This document shows positions 1-8,304 of a DNA stretch of 50,389 nucleotides, piece after piece. Within the stretch, counting starts at the first letter, position 1. Each line of letters starts with the position of its first letter. The notes below the pieces were generated by a model. The model was not told the DNA's origin. It saw only the letters and a program-made list of their open reading frames with translations, and ran no database searches. The position numbers and the translations under genes are program-made. The DNA is from an uncultured bacterium (GTDB lineage Bacteria; Hinthialibacterota; Hinthialibacteria; Hinthialibacterales; Hinthialibacteraceae): contig CAYVAZ010000002.1 of assembly GCA_964449065.1 (NCBI GenBank), positions 1-50,389 on the forward strand. Reading direction: 5' to 3'.

Positions 1-112
1 TGCTTCGATCCCCCCCTGCCCCCCTTAACAAGGGGGGGCAACAACGACAGACTCCTTAACAATGGGGGTTATGCATCCACCTACCATCATTTCATTGTTG
101 ATAGACTAGTAG
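1..112. mobile_element. MITE/REP-like element, copy 1 (left end cut by window edge)
   Basis: Hairpin tgcccccctt-aac-aagggggggca at 17-40. Bases 84-112 (ccatcatttcattgttgatagactagtag) resemble the reverse complement of 16905-16933. The core tcgatcccccc...ggggggcaacaacg is shared with the reverse complement of 16943-16974. Confidence 0.7.
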
Positions 113-143
113 GTATGAAAATGGCTATCGTATATCAATAGCG

Positions 144-270
144 CGTAAACGATATATTTCGAATAAATATTAACTGATGACGAATGGACAATCCGCCATT
201 CTAACATTTAAAACGCCGGAAAATCTTCGTGAAGTTCGGGCAAAATATATTTCCGCCATCGGCTGGTGAA
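144..270 (+). pseudogene. Possible decayed IS5-family transposase N-terminal fragment
   Basis: Frame-broken peptides RKRYISN (from 144), LTDDEWTI (from 170) and NLREV resemble the RYPSDLTDxEW...DLREV start of IS5-family transposases. No intact ORF. Confidence 0.3.
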
Positions 271-297
271 CCATGGATGAAATCAAAAAGGGATTGA

Positions 298-1746
298 TTA
301 AATCGTCCAAGGTCCATCTTCAAGGATATCCTTTTTTGGCCATTTTGCTAATGCAGCAATCCATGTTTGATGTTTCTTCCGCATCCTGTTCAATTGATCC
401 TGATACATTGGATAGTTGGCTAGATTCTCAATCTCCAGCGGATCATTCTTTAAATCATACAGTTCTTCCGTCATCATGGGTTCTTTTTCAAGGTATTTAA
501 AGTATTTCCACCGCTCGGTACGCACTCCCTCGCTTTTTGCAATTGTGGCATGGTCAAACATATGTTCATAAAAGAACTCTTTCCGCCAAGGGATGAGTTC
601 GCCATTCAATGTTGGGTTCAAGTCCAATCCCTGCATATCTTGCGGTGGTGTTATCCCTGCCATCGAAAGCATGGTTGGAGCCAAATCGATATTCAGTGTC
701 ATCCCATGCCGCTCATCCCCCCGTTTTTGCGAATCCATGCGCGGGTCCATAATAATGAGCGGGGCACGGATCGATTCTTCATGCGGATACCACTTCCCTG
801 CCAGACCGTATTCACCCAAGTAAAACCCATTATCGGATGTAAAGATAATAATTGTGTTTTGATCCAATCCCTTCTCTTTCAACTTTCGCCGGATCCTTCC
901 AATCACCCGGTCCACTCCTGTTATCAATCGGTAATAGCCCTTTACTGACTGCTGATATTTCTCGTCATTCGGAAAGCGCATTTCCCAGCGTCTTCGTGCT
1001 TCTGAATCTTGAATGAATTCCGGCAGGCTCTCATAATATTTCTCATCCGATTTCGGCGCGGGAGGGATAGTGTCATTCTCGTTCACCCACTCCAATTTCG
1101 GGTCATACAAAAACTGCCGCGGGTCAGAATCCTGTACATGCGGTGCTTTAAAACTGACCGAAAGGCAAAACGGCTGTTCATCACTGCATCCTTCCAAAAA
1201 CTCTTCGGAATGATCTCCCATAATATGAGTCAGGTGGACAGTCTCCCCGTCAATCTCGTGATAGTATTTTCCCTGCCCGGAGAAGCCTTCAAAGAAATCA
1301 AAGGAATCCTTCGGTAATTCCCCGCCCAAGCCCCATTTGCCGATGAAACCTGTTTTGTACCCTGCTTCACGCAGCAAGACCGGGTATGTCTTATCAAATC
1401 GCTCCTTTGATAATGGATCTCGAAACGAATCGATTCCGTGGCAGCGGGTGTATAGGCCGGTAAAAATACTGGCCCGGCTCGACATACAAATTGCCGTCGT
1501 AACAAAGTGGTTTTTGTATAGAACTCCGTCTTTTGCGAGTTGATCTATATTGGGTGTTTGAATGATTTCATTCCCTACACACCCCATCGTATCCGCCCGT
1601 TGATCATCGGTTAACAGAAAAACGATATTCGGTTTCTTTTCACGATGGCTGGCAGCCAAAACGTTAGATAAACCTGGCATAATTGAGACGGAACCGGCCG
1701 CGGATAAAGTAGAAAGAAAATTTCGTCGAGTAGTAGAATTCAGCAT
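298..1746 (-). CDS. Tat-exported formylglycine-dependent (S1) sulfatase
   Basis: ATG at 1746 after AAGGGGG; twin-arginine TRRNFL; KPNIVFLLTDDQ, CMSSRASIFTG, GYKTGFIGKW, FTSDNG, ELYDLKNDPLE motifs. Confidence 0.93.
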   Translation of the reverse strand: MLNSTTRRNFLSTLSAAGSVSIMPGLSNVLAASHREKKPNIVFLLTDDQRADTMGCVGNEIIQTPNIDQLAKDGVLYKNHFVTTAICMSSRASIFTGLYTRCHGIDSFRDPLSKERFDKTYPVLLREAGYKTGFIGKWGLGGELPKDSFDFFEGFSGQGKYYHEIDGETVHLTHIMGDHSEEFLEGCSDEQPFCLSVSFKAPHVQDSDPRQFLYDPKLEWVNENDTIPPAPKSDEKYYESLPEFIQDSEARRRWEMRFPNDEKYQQSVKGYYRLITGVDRVIGRIRRKLKEKGLDQNTIIIFTSDNGFYLGEYGLAGKWYPHEESIRAPLIIMDPRMDSQKRGDERHGMTLNIDLAPTMLSMAGITPPQDMQGLDLNPTLNGELIPWRKEFFYEHMFDHATIAKSEGVRTERWKYFKYLEKEPMMTEELYDLKNDPLEIENLANYPMYQDQLNRMRKKHQTWIAALAKWPKKDILEDGPWTI

Positions 1747-1883
1747 AATGCCCCCTTGAAAATATTTCAGATATCCTACGATAAACGATATTGGAAAAAA
1801 TATCAATATACTGAATTGCCATTAAAACTAATGCTTTGCCTTCAATCTTTTGGCGAGAGATGTGGTATTCATTTTAAGTCCGT

Positions 1884-1970
1884 AGCCCGTAGATGGGTTG
1901 AAGTACGTACCCCCATCTTTTCTCCGATGGGTTTCGTAGGGTAAACTGTTATCAACCCATCTACATGGCT
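1884..1970. repeat. REP doublet (REPIN-like)
   Basis: Perfect 13-bp inverted repeat gtagatgggttga (1889-1901) / tcaacccatctac (1952-1964), plus internal cccatc/gatggg arms. GTAG-started palindromes are typical of REP families. Confidence 0.75.
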
Positions 1971-1973
1971 GAG

Positions 1974-2279
1974 TTAGACTGGTGGTTGATACGTTTGAAT
2001 TTCTACATTAAGGTGTTCGGCTATTTTGTCTTCCGCGACATCTAAATCATAATCCATTTGTAGTCCCAGCCAAAACTGAGGTGACATATCAAAATATTTA
2101 GCCAATCGTAAAGCAGTATCTGCCGTTATTCTTCGCTTACCCTGTATGATTTCATTGATTCTTCGCGCAGGGACTCGAATATCGAGAGCTAGGCGATTTT
2201 GGCTAAGATTCATCGGTTTTAAGAATTCTTCTTGTATAATTTCTCCTGGATGTAAGGGGAGCATTCTCTTTGAAGTCAT
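1974..2279 (-). CDS. higA: HigA/VapI-family antitoxin (Xre HTH)
   Basis: LHPGEIIQEEFLKPMNLSQNRLA...RINEIIQGKRRITADTALRLAKYF...FWLGLQMDYDL; GGAGAG RBS; directly downstream of higB. Confidence 0.95.
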   Translation of the reverse strand: MTSKRMLPLHPGEIIQEEFLKPMNLSQNRLALDIRVPARRINEIIQGKRRITADTALRLAKYFDMSPQFWLGLQMDYDLDVAEDKIAEHLNVEIQTYQPPV

Positions 2280-2287
2280 GATCTCTC

Positions 2288-2569
2288 CTAATGATAATCA
2301 ACTATCTCTACATTATGAGCATCGCCCTCATGCCACTCAAAACAGATTCTCCATTGGGAATTTATTCGGATACTGTATTGACCTTTTCGAAAACCCTTTA
2401 ACGCTTCTAATTGATTTCCAGGTGGTACAAGCAAATCTTTCAAAGTCTGAGCTCGATTCAACATTCGTAGTTTTCTCAAAGGCACACGTTAAATGTGGTT
2501 TGGAAACTTTTTAGAAATTTGGCGCTCGAATATCTTTTTTGTTTCTTTGCACTTGAACGACTTTATCTA
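2288..2569 (-). pseudogene. higB: HigB (RelE-superfamily) toxin, inactivated
   Basis: The frame reads [38 protein letters not shown]...[11 protein letters not shown]...[15 protein letters not shown]...VEIVDYH. TAG occupies the start position (2569-2567) and there is an in-frame TAA (2491-2489). Confidence 0.88.
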
Positions 2570-2575
2570 GCAAAA

Positions 2576-2604
2576 AATATATAACGCTTATCGTTAAATG
2601 ACAA
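2576..2604 (-). promoter_or_regulatory. Putative higBA sigma70 promoter with operator palindrome
   Basis: Minus strand TTGTCA-17 bp-TATATT, ending 6 nt before the higB start position (leaderless geometry). Palindrome TAACG-N5-CGTTA (2582-2596) lies in the spacer. Confidence 0.65.
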
Positions 2605-2686
2605 ACAAAGTTCTACTGCACAATCTAAAGTATACCCCCCTGCGCTCAGACGCATGCGTCTTCACACGCCGGCTGCCAGTGCGTCA

Positions 2687-2717
2687 GGATGGGTTGAGCG
2701 CTATCGTAACCCATTCC
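2687..2717. repeat. REP-like palindrome
   Basis: ggatgggttgagcgctatcgtaacccattcc forms a hairpin and shares gatgggttga...aacccat with the repeat at 1884-1970. Confidence 0.65.
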
Positions 2718-2723
2718 AAATGC

Positions 2724-2993
2724 TTATTGCTCCCGAAGTACTTGGTGGATATCAGCGGTTTTTTGATTGACTTCAATGATGACATCACCTCCACGCCGTC
2801 CAATATAATCTTTCGGACCATAATCGATACGCCAAAATACCTCGTCTTTAACAGTCCGTTGGGTGATCGTTATGATTGATTGAAGGATATCAATTCCAAG
2901 TTCAGCGGCGCGTTTATTCGCTGCTGCCGTCGCCCTAGCAAGGGAAACAGCAATATCATCTTGAAGTACTTCAGTTGGAAGTATGGCTGCCAT
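2724..2993 (-). CDS. Small hypothetical protein, putative immunity/antitoxin partner of the JAB-motif protein
   Basis: ATG at 2993 (89 aa) behind an AAGGAG RBS that overlaps the upstream TAA. Helix then beta-rich WRIDYGP...RRGGDVIIEV, reminiscent of NTF2-fold immunity proteins (inference). Confidence 0.6.
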   Translation of the reverse strand: MAAILPTEVLQDDIAVSLARATAAANKRAAELGIDILQSIITITQRTVKDEVFWRIDYGPKDYIGRRGGDVIIEVNQKTADIHQVLREQ

Positions 2994-3003
2994 AATAATC
3001 TCC

Positions 3004-3435
3004 TTATGCGTCAAAAAAAGTTTCACTGGTATACCCAACGTCGCTTACCTGACCATCAACAGAAATGTGATATATTTTTTCTGCAGAAATAACTATTTCA
3101 CCTTCATAAAGTTTCCCTTTTAAATTCGGGTCATCCCGGACTGCCCGTTTGTCCGTTTCACTCGGCTCTTGTAGATAATCTTCGCCAGTATTCGGATGAG
3201 TGTGAAACGTTGCGATTATGTCTTTATTGCCAATTTTACAATCCGGATGTGGTGGCAGAACAATACTGCCCTGTTCACCCATTGACCATCGAATCACTTC
3301 TATATTGCCGCTCAAGTTCATGACAATAAAACCGCCTTCTTCGTGTCTGTCAGTCGTTCCAGGTTGAGAATCTTCCCATGCTTGTTTAAGGGCTGAACGA
3401 ACCGTCGGATCATTCAATATTCTGAATAGAGTCAT
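3004..3435 (-). CDS. Stand-alone JAB/MPN-motif metalloenzyme (DUF4329/Tox-JAB-like)
   Basis: HEEGGFI ... IATFHTHPN ... PSETD matches the JAB/JAMM pattern E...HxH...S..D. 143 aa, no signal peptide or delivery domain. Confidence 0.72.
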   Translation of the reverse strand: MTLFRILNDPTVRSALKQAWEDSQPGTTDRHEEGGFIVMNLSGNIEVIRWSMGEQGSIVLPPHPDCKIGNKDIIATFHTHPNTGEDYLQEPSETDKRAVRDDPNLKGKLYEGEIVISAEKIYHISVDGQVSDVGYTSETFFDA

Positions 3436-3497
3436 GAAGTTCTCAGGTAAGGATAATTATTCAAAACGTACAAGACGGTTCCGCTTTCCGTATTATA

Positions 3498-3532
3498 ATA
3501 ATAGCCATGAAATTGAAATGATACAATTCATG
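3498..3532 (-). promoter_or_regulatory. Putative promoter of the JAB pair with overlapping inverted repeat
   Basis: Minus strand TTGTAT-17 bp-TATTAT. Imperfect inverted repeat catgaaattg (3506-3515) / caattcatg (3524-3532) overlaps the -35 and spacer. Confidence 0.45.
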
Positions 3533-3773
3533 CCTGAATGAGTTGGAAAGATGAACCATCTGTAATCGTTCTTTTGTTGATATCAACTACCCGGAAGCAG
3601 CACGGAAGACCTTTCACGACATGCAATGGAGAAATTGTTGCGTAATATCAATCATTTGGTAAAATCTCAAAAGTGATATTGTTAGTACCGTCCATTCACA
3701 GTTTAGACCGAATCCGCATTCGTACATAAAAACACTTTTTGCGTAATGCTAGAAAAGAACAAGGAGAAGGATT

Positions 3774-4097
3774 ATGATTTTAGCCGAAAAAAAATGTGTC
3801 CCCTGCGAAGGTGGGGTCGAAAAATATACCGATGATGTCGCTCATAAGATGTTAGAACATGTAGATGGTTGGAACTTAAAAAACAATCAAATCCACAAAC
3901 GCTTCGCATTCAAAAACTTTGTGGAAGCGATAAAATTCATCAATCAAGCCGCGGACGTCGCGGAAGAAGAAGGCCACCATCCCGATATCTGTGTTCACTA
4001 CAACAAGGTGGATTTTTCGATTTGGACTCATGCGATCGGCGGTTTATCGGAAAACGACTTCATCTTGGCCTCAAAAATCGACCGTTTGCCGAAGTAG
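3774..4097 (+). CDS. phhB: Pterin-4-alpha-carbinolamine dehydratase
   Basis: CVPCEGG, FKNF, AEEEGHHPDI, WTHAIGGLSENDFILASKID; AAGGAG RBS-like sequence upstream. Confidence 0.93.
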   Translation: MILAEKKCVPCEGGVEKYTDDVAHKMLEHVDGWNLKNNQIHKRFAFKNFVEAIKFINQAADVAEEEGHHPDICVHYNKVDFSIWTHAIGGLSENDFILASKIDRLPK

Positions 4098-4103
4098 GCG
4101 TTT

Positions 4104-4490
4104 TTAATTTGGGAGATATTGTCCCAGTTTGATTCCGCATATCAATAGCACTACTCCCACCGCGATTTGGACGAAAATATCCAATCCTGCGGTGAAATAG
4201 CGGGAATCTTTGAGTAGACCATCAATCTCAAACACAAAGGTCGAAAAGGTGGTAAACGCTCCCATAAACCCGACCAAAATAATGGTGCGTGATTCTCCTG
4301 AAAGCCAGGAACTATCCCGTGCCATCGACCATACCAAACCAAACAAAAAACACCCTAAAATATTCACAACCGTGGTGCCCCATGGATAGTTCCAGCCCAG
4401 CCATGAATGCACCAGATTCGATAAGCCATAGCGGCTCAAACTGCCCAGTCCGCCGGCAATCGCGATCAAGACCAAAATTTTCATGTTCAA
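4104..4490 (-). CDS. crcB: Fluoride efflux channel CrcB/FluC
   Basis: GGLGSLSRY, PWGTTVVNILGCF, GFMGAFTTFSTF; four hydrophobic segments. Start may be the ATG at 4484. Confidence 0.93.
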   Translation of the reverse strand: MNMKILVLIAIAGGLGSLSRYGLSNLVHSWLGWNYPWGTTVVNILGCFLFGLVWSMARDSSWLSGESRTIILVGFMGAFTTFSTFVFEIDGLLKDSRYFTAGLDIFVQIAVGVVLLICGIKLGQYLPN

Positions 4491-4587
4491 GTTTCCTTCA
4501 ATATTATGGAAACAATAGCACTATTTTTAATTTCAGAGAATCAATCCGGCTTGGCATTATATAATCCTATGCATAAAATTCCATTTC

Positions 4588-5937
4588 ATGAATACCTATC
4601 AAGACTGCGTGGATTATCTCTATTCTCTCATATCCTATGAGACCAAGCCCAATTGGTCGTATGACAATAAAAGTCTGAACCTGGAACGTTTTAAGAAGTT
4701 TCTTCACCGAATCGGCGATCCCCAAAACGATTTGCGTATTATCCATATTGCCGGAAGCGATGGCAAAGGCTCAACCTGCGCTATCCTAACTTCCGTATTG
4801 CAACATGCAGGTTTCAAGACCGGCCTTTTCACTTCACCACATTTGCATTCTGTCCGCGAACGGATTCGCATCAACAACGATTGGATCGATAAAGAGTCAT
4901 TTGTATATTGGACGCAGTATTTACGCAATGAACTCGAAGCGTTTTCTCCCGGCCAAACCGGATTCACTACATTTTTTGAGTTATTGACTGCCATGGGGTT
5001 CCACTATTTTAAGCAGCAGCAAGTGGATTTTGCCGTCATGGAAACCGGATTAGGCGGGCGGCTGGATGCAACCAACGTTGGAAATCCCATCCTCTGTATC
5101 ATCACACATATTTCAATGGAACACGCGGAAAAATTGGGAGACACGCTTGAAAAAATCGCTGATGAAAAACTGGGAATTATTCGCAAAAATGCCCCGGTCA
5201 TTGTAGGGCCTCAAGATGAGACGTTATTGCCGCATTTCAAAAAACGTCTTGAATATCATCCCTCTTCTGTCAACTATGTGGATGAAGAATTTTCTCTGCT
5301 GGATACATCCATATTAAATGCGAAAAGAAATATCGTTTTCAAAGACAGTCATAATAGCATCGTCACTCTTGCCAGTCCGTTGTTGGGATATTATCAAGTC
5401 CAAAATGTCATGACCGCCTATGCTGCCTTTTCTCAATTGCGGGAAAGGAAATGGATTCCCTTCACTGATAGCGATATGTTTCAAGAAGGAGTAAACAAAA
5501 CCGTATGGGATGGCCGCTTTGAAGTTTTTACACTGCCTGATGGTAAATCAATCGTTCTCGATATCGCCCATACCGTAAAAGGCGCACTCTCGCTAAAACG
5601 CAGCTTGGATGATGTATTCCCCAATAAGAAGAGATCGTTTATCCTTGGATTTCTCAAAGAGAAAAATTATATGGCCATGATTGAGAATCTGTGCAATGAA
5701 GAAGACTTCATTATCCTCACCGAACCTCCATCTCCCCGGGCTATTCCATTGGATGAATTGCAGCGAACATGTTCAGTATTAGAATCTAAATTTGATATTC
5801 GGTATGAAAAAGAAGCTGCCAGCGCATTTCAAGCGGTGATTGATACGATTGATTCGAACCGTGTACTTGTAATTGCAGGATCGTTGTATTTAGTAAGCCA
5901 TGTCAGAAGTATGTTAACACAAGAAATAGAAGACTGA
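4588..5937 (+). CDS. folC: Folylpolyglutamate synthase/dihydrofolate synthase
   Basis: HIAGSDGKGST P-loop, FTSPHL...ERIRIN, TTFFELLT, ETGLGGRLDATN, GSLYLV. Confidence 0.93.
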   Translation: MNTYQDCVDYLYSLISYETKPNWSYDNKSLNLERFKKFLHRIGDPQNDLRIIHIAGSDGKGSTCAILTSVLQHAGFKTGLFTSPHLHSVRERIRINNDWIDKESFVYWTQYLRNELEAFSPGQTGFTTFFELLTAMGFHYFKQQQVDFAVMETGLGGRLDATNVGNPILCIITHISMEHAEKLGDTLEKIADEKLGIIRKNAPVIVGPQDETLLPHFKKRLEYHPSSVNYVDEEFSLLDTSILNAKRNIVFKDSHNSIVTLASPLLGYYQVQNVMTAYAAFSQLRERKWIPFTDSDMFQEGVNKTVWDGRFEVFTLPDGKSIVLDIAHTVKGALSLKRSLDDVFPNKKRSFILGFLKEKNYMAMIENLCNEEDFIILTEPPSPRAIPLDELQRTCSVLESKFDIRYEKEAASAFQAVIDTIDSNRVLVIAGSLYLVSHVRSMLTQEIED

Positions 5938-5938
5938 C

Positions 5939-7012
5939 TTAACGCCGACGGGAAGTGCGCGCCATTCGGCGGACTTGAGATTGCTTTTGAGGGGGCGTTT
6001 CCACTGCTTCCGGTTCGGGTTCGGGTGGTGGGGCTTCCGGTTCCGGTTGCCGCTTCATCTCTGTCACTTCTTTTGACGCATCCAGAGCCTTTTTGCCTTC
6101 TTCGGTCTCTCCCATTTCCTGTTCTCTCGAAGCCACGACAGACTGCATCCCGTCCCGCTCTTTATCGGCGACTAACGACTGGCCACCGTATCCTTGTGGA
6201 ATATTCTCACCCAGCAAGGCAAACGCCATATCCCACCGGCTGCATCGGGTTAGCTGCGTTTGTTCTCCGCCCCGCAGGTCTTCCCGCAGGTGGCTGTTGG
6301 CCGCGTCAATCCGCTGTTGAAACGCGGGCAGTTCTTTTCGGCATCGATCCAACATGATTTTGTGTGCTTTTTCTAAATCTTCCAGTGAATACCCTAAATC
6401 TTCAGGTTTTACTTGTCCGTTTTCTATTAAAGCGCGGGTAATTTTGATTCGCTCATAGAGCATTGCGCTTTGGGTCATCGCGTGTTTTAGATTGGGGCCT
6501 TGGTTTTTGATATCATCCAGCAGTAAGCGCAGCGACCTTTCACACCCTTCAAATTCCCGGTGCAAAAAATCGTGATTTGAGCCTAAGTTTTCTTTCAGTT
6601 GCTCCAATAAAATCAGATCATGCGATGCCGCCATGATCATCTGGCGCATGTTTGAAATATGGCTGCTAAAGATTTCCGCGGAAGTTAACTTCCATACCGG
6701 AGTCGGTCCTTCAATTTTCAATTGTTTAATTGGGATATCTAATTTTTCCAGAAACGTTTCCAATCCCCCTTGCGGCATCCAAAACGCGCCTTTGCCGGAT
6801 AGTACACACGTTATATCTTTGCCGGGGTATGCCTGCCTTAACCCCAGTTCGGAATTGGCGAGTGATTCCCGTATTCCCCGGATATTTTTGTAATCAACTT
6901 CCCAGGGATTTGGGGTTCCGGTCAAGTCGGTAAATGAAGATGTATAGAGAGATTCTTTTTCAAGAAGTTCTATTAGATCATCCGTTATGAGGACTGCTGG
7001 ATTTGATGACAT
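5939..7012 (-). CDS. Hypothetical helical protein with Pro/Glu linker and Arg-rich C-terminus
   Basis: 357-aa ORF convergent on folC; no recognised family. Confidence 0.7.
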   Translation of the reverse strand: MSSNPAVLITDDLIELLEKESLYTSSFTDLTGTPNPWEVDYKNIRGIRESLANSELGLRQAYPGKDITCVLSGKGAFWMPQGGLETFLEKLDIPIKQLKIEGPTPVWKLTSAEIFSSHISNMRQMIMAASHDLILLEQLKENLGSNHDFLHREFEGCERSLRLLLDDIKNQGPNLKHAMTQSAMLYERIKITRALIENGQVKPEDLGYSLEDLEKAHKIMLDRCRKELPAFQQRIDAANSHLREDLRGGEQTQLTRCSRWDMAFALLGENIPQGYGGQSLVADKERDGMQSVVASREQEMGETEEGKKALDASKEVTEMKRQPEPEAPPPEPEPEAVETPPQKQSQVRRMARTSRRR

Positions 7013-7197
7013 AGTTCGGCTTTATCGTCTCAACACACATAGAATAGATACTTATACCATATTCATTTTATAGGATTTCAACAAATAAAAAATAAGTAAA
7101 CTCCTGAAAAAATTAGATATAGGTGTATATTACGGGAGGAATACTATTCTATAATCTATTTCGCATGAAATGTTTGATTCTATCATGAGTGATTCTA

Positions 7198-7863
7198 TCA
7201 AGCGGCAAGGCAGATCAGACCTCTTGCATGATTGTTAACCGGGTTTCTTCCGGTGATGGTATTGGTGAAATATGTGTAAGAGAAATCGATATCAAATTTA
7301 AGTTCGCCAATTGTGCCGTATATCCCAGCCGGCAAAGGTCTTCCCGTATTTTGGCTGGGACCGCCGTCACCTTCTCCGGTTTCTTCTATTTCTTGAATTT
7401 GTCCTTTCAATACTTTTTGTACAATACGGTACCCCTTTTTTTTTCCTCCACCCATTCCGCTCCCGCGAGCAGGAGCGATTGCCCATCGGGTTGGCATTCG
7501 GAGCGTATGGTTTTCACCGTTAACTTCAAATGTAATACCTGTATTTATGGGCATATTTCCTGCAATTGTATTGTAAAGCGTTGTGTAATTCATTCGGGCA
7601 TTGATGAACTCATCACCAATATACCCTTTTAACCATGAATTCACCGGGAAATTTCCTTTGGTATTGGTTACGATATGGTATGAAAAACGCAAATCAACTG
7701 GAATATTCAATAAGGAACCGGAAATGCCACTGTTCACCGGAAAATTTCCATGCAGAGCATTGAACACAACTTTATATGAAAACTTTAAGTCAACACCGAT
7801 TGTTTGATTTTGTTTTACGTAATCAAGTAACCTGTCATAAATGTTTGTCATCACACACTCCAT
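7198..7863 (-). CDS. Hypothetical protein with four internal repeats
   Basis: 221-aa ORF (alternative ATG at 7851 after GGAG); repeated Y-x4-5-N-x2-3-G-x-x-P-[VI]-N motif. Confidence 0.75.
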   Translation of the reverse strand: MECVMTNIYDRLLDYVKQNQTIGVDLKFSYKVVFNALHGNFPVNSGISGSLLNIPVDLRFSYHIVTNTKGNFPVNSWLKGYIGDEFINARMNYTTLYNTIAGNMPINTGITFEVNGENHTLRMPTRWAIAPARGSGMGGGKKKGYRIVQKVLKGQIQEIEETGEGDGGPSQNTGRPLPAGIYGTIGELKFDIDFSYTYFTNTITGRNPVNNHARGLICLAA

Positions 7864-8006
7864 GGTTTTTAGAGTTTAAAGTATATTAATGCTAATACTC
7901 ATAAAAATAAAGAGGAAAAAACCTATTATAATTTAACTAAATCGAATGAATATAAGTATAGAAATCATATTATGTTACGGGAAATTAAAATATTCGAAAA
8001 TTGTTA

Positions 8007-8035
8007 TTGACATTCCGCTTAAAACAAGTCAGAAT
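8007..8035 (+). promoter_or_regulatory. Putative sigma70 promoter
   Basis: TTGACA-17 bp-CAGAAT in the AT-rich divergent region, about 270 nt before the 8305 start. Confidence 0.45.
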
Positions 8036-8304
8036 AAGAAAATGCTTGCTGAAGCACTTACCGGTTGAGGGTTGTGAGAAGGTGGTGGATTTATTCATCA
8101 ACCGTACAATCCTGTTATTATTGAAATTAAATTATTTTATTTAATATAATTTGTCAAGATAATTGACTGCATAAGATTGTTCGGGCCAAACTGTAACTCC
8201 CACTTCCAGTCTCACCTGTTTTCTAGATGCCATGAATATGGTTATCGATCATTCTCTACAAAAAGGAAAAAGAATGAAACCAAAACACACAGAGGAGACT
8301 TATC

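Noticed and set aside
2288..2485. 65-aa ORF as a complete HigB
   Set aside because: It is the post-stop fragment of a longer interrupted frame.
3004..3435. CBASS Cap3 or RadC assignment for the JAB protein
   Set aside because: No CD-NTase, E1/E2 or effector genes are nearby, and the RadC HNHPSG context is absent.
4491..4587. Fluoride riboswitch upstream of crcB
   Set aside because: No GGCGATGG-type aptamer or pseudoknot pattern seen on the minus strand; the region is short and AT-rich.
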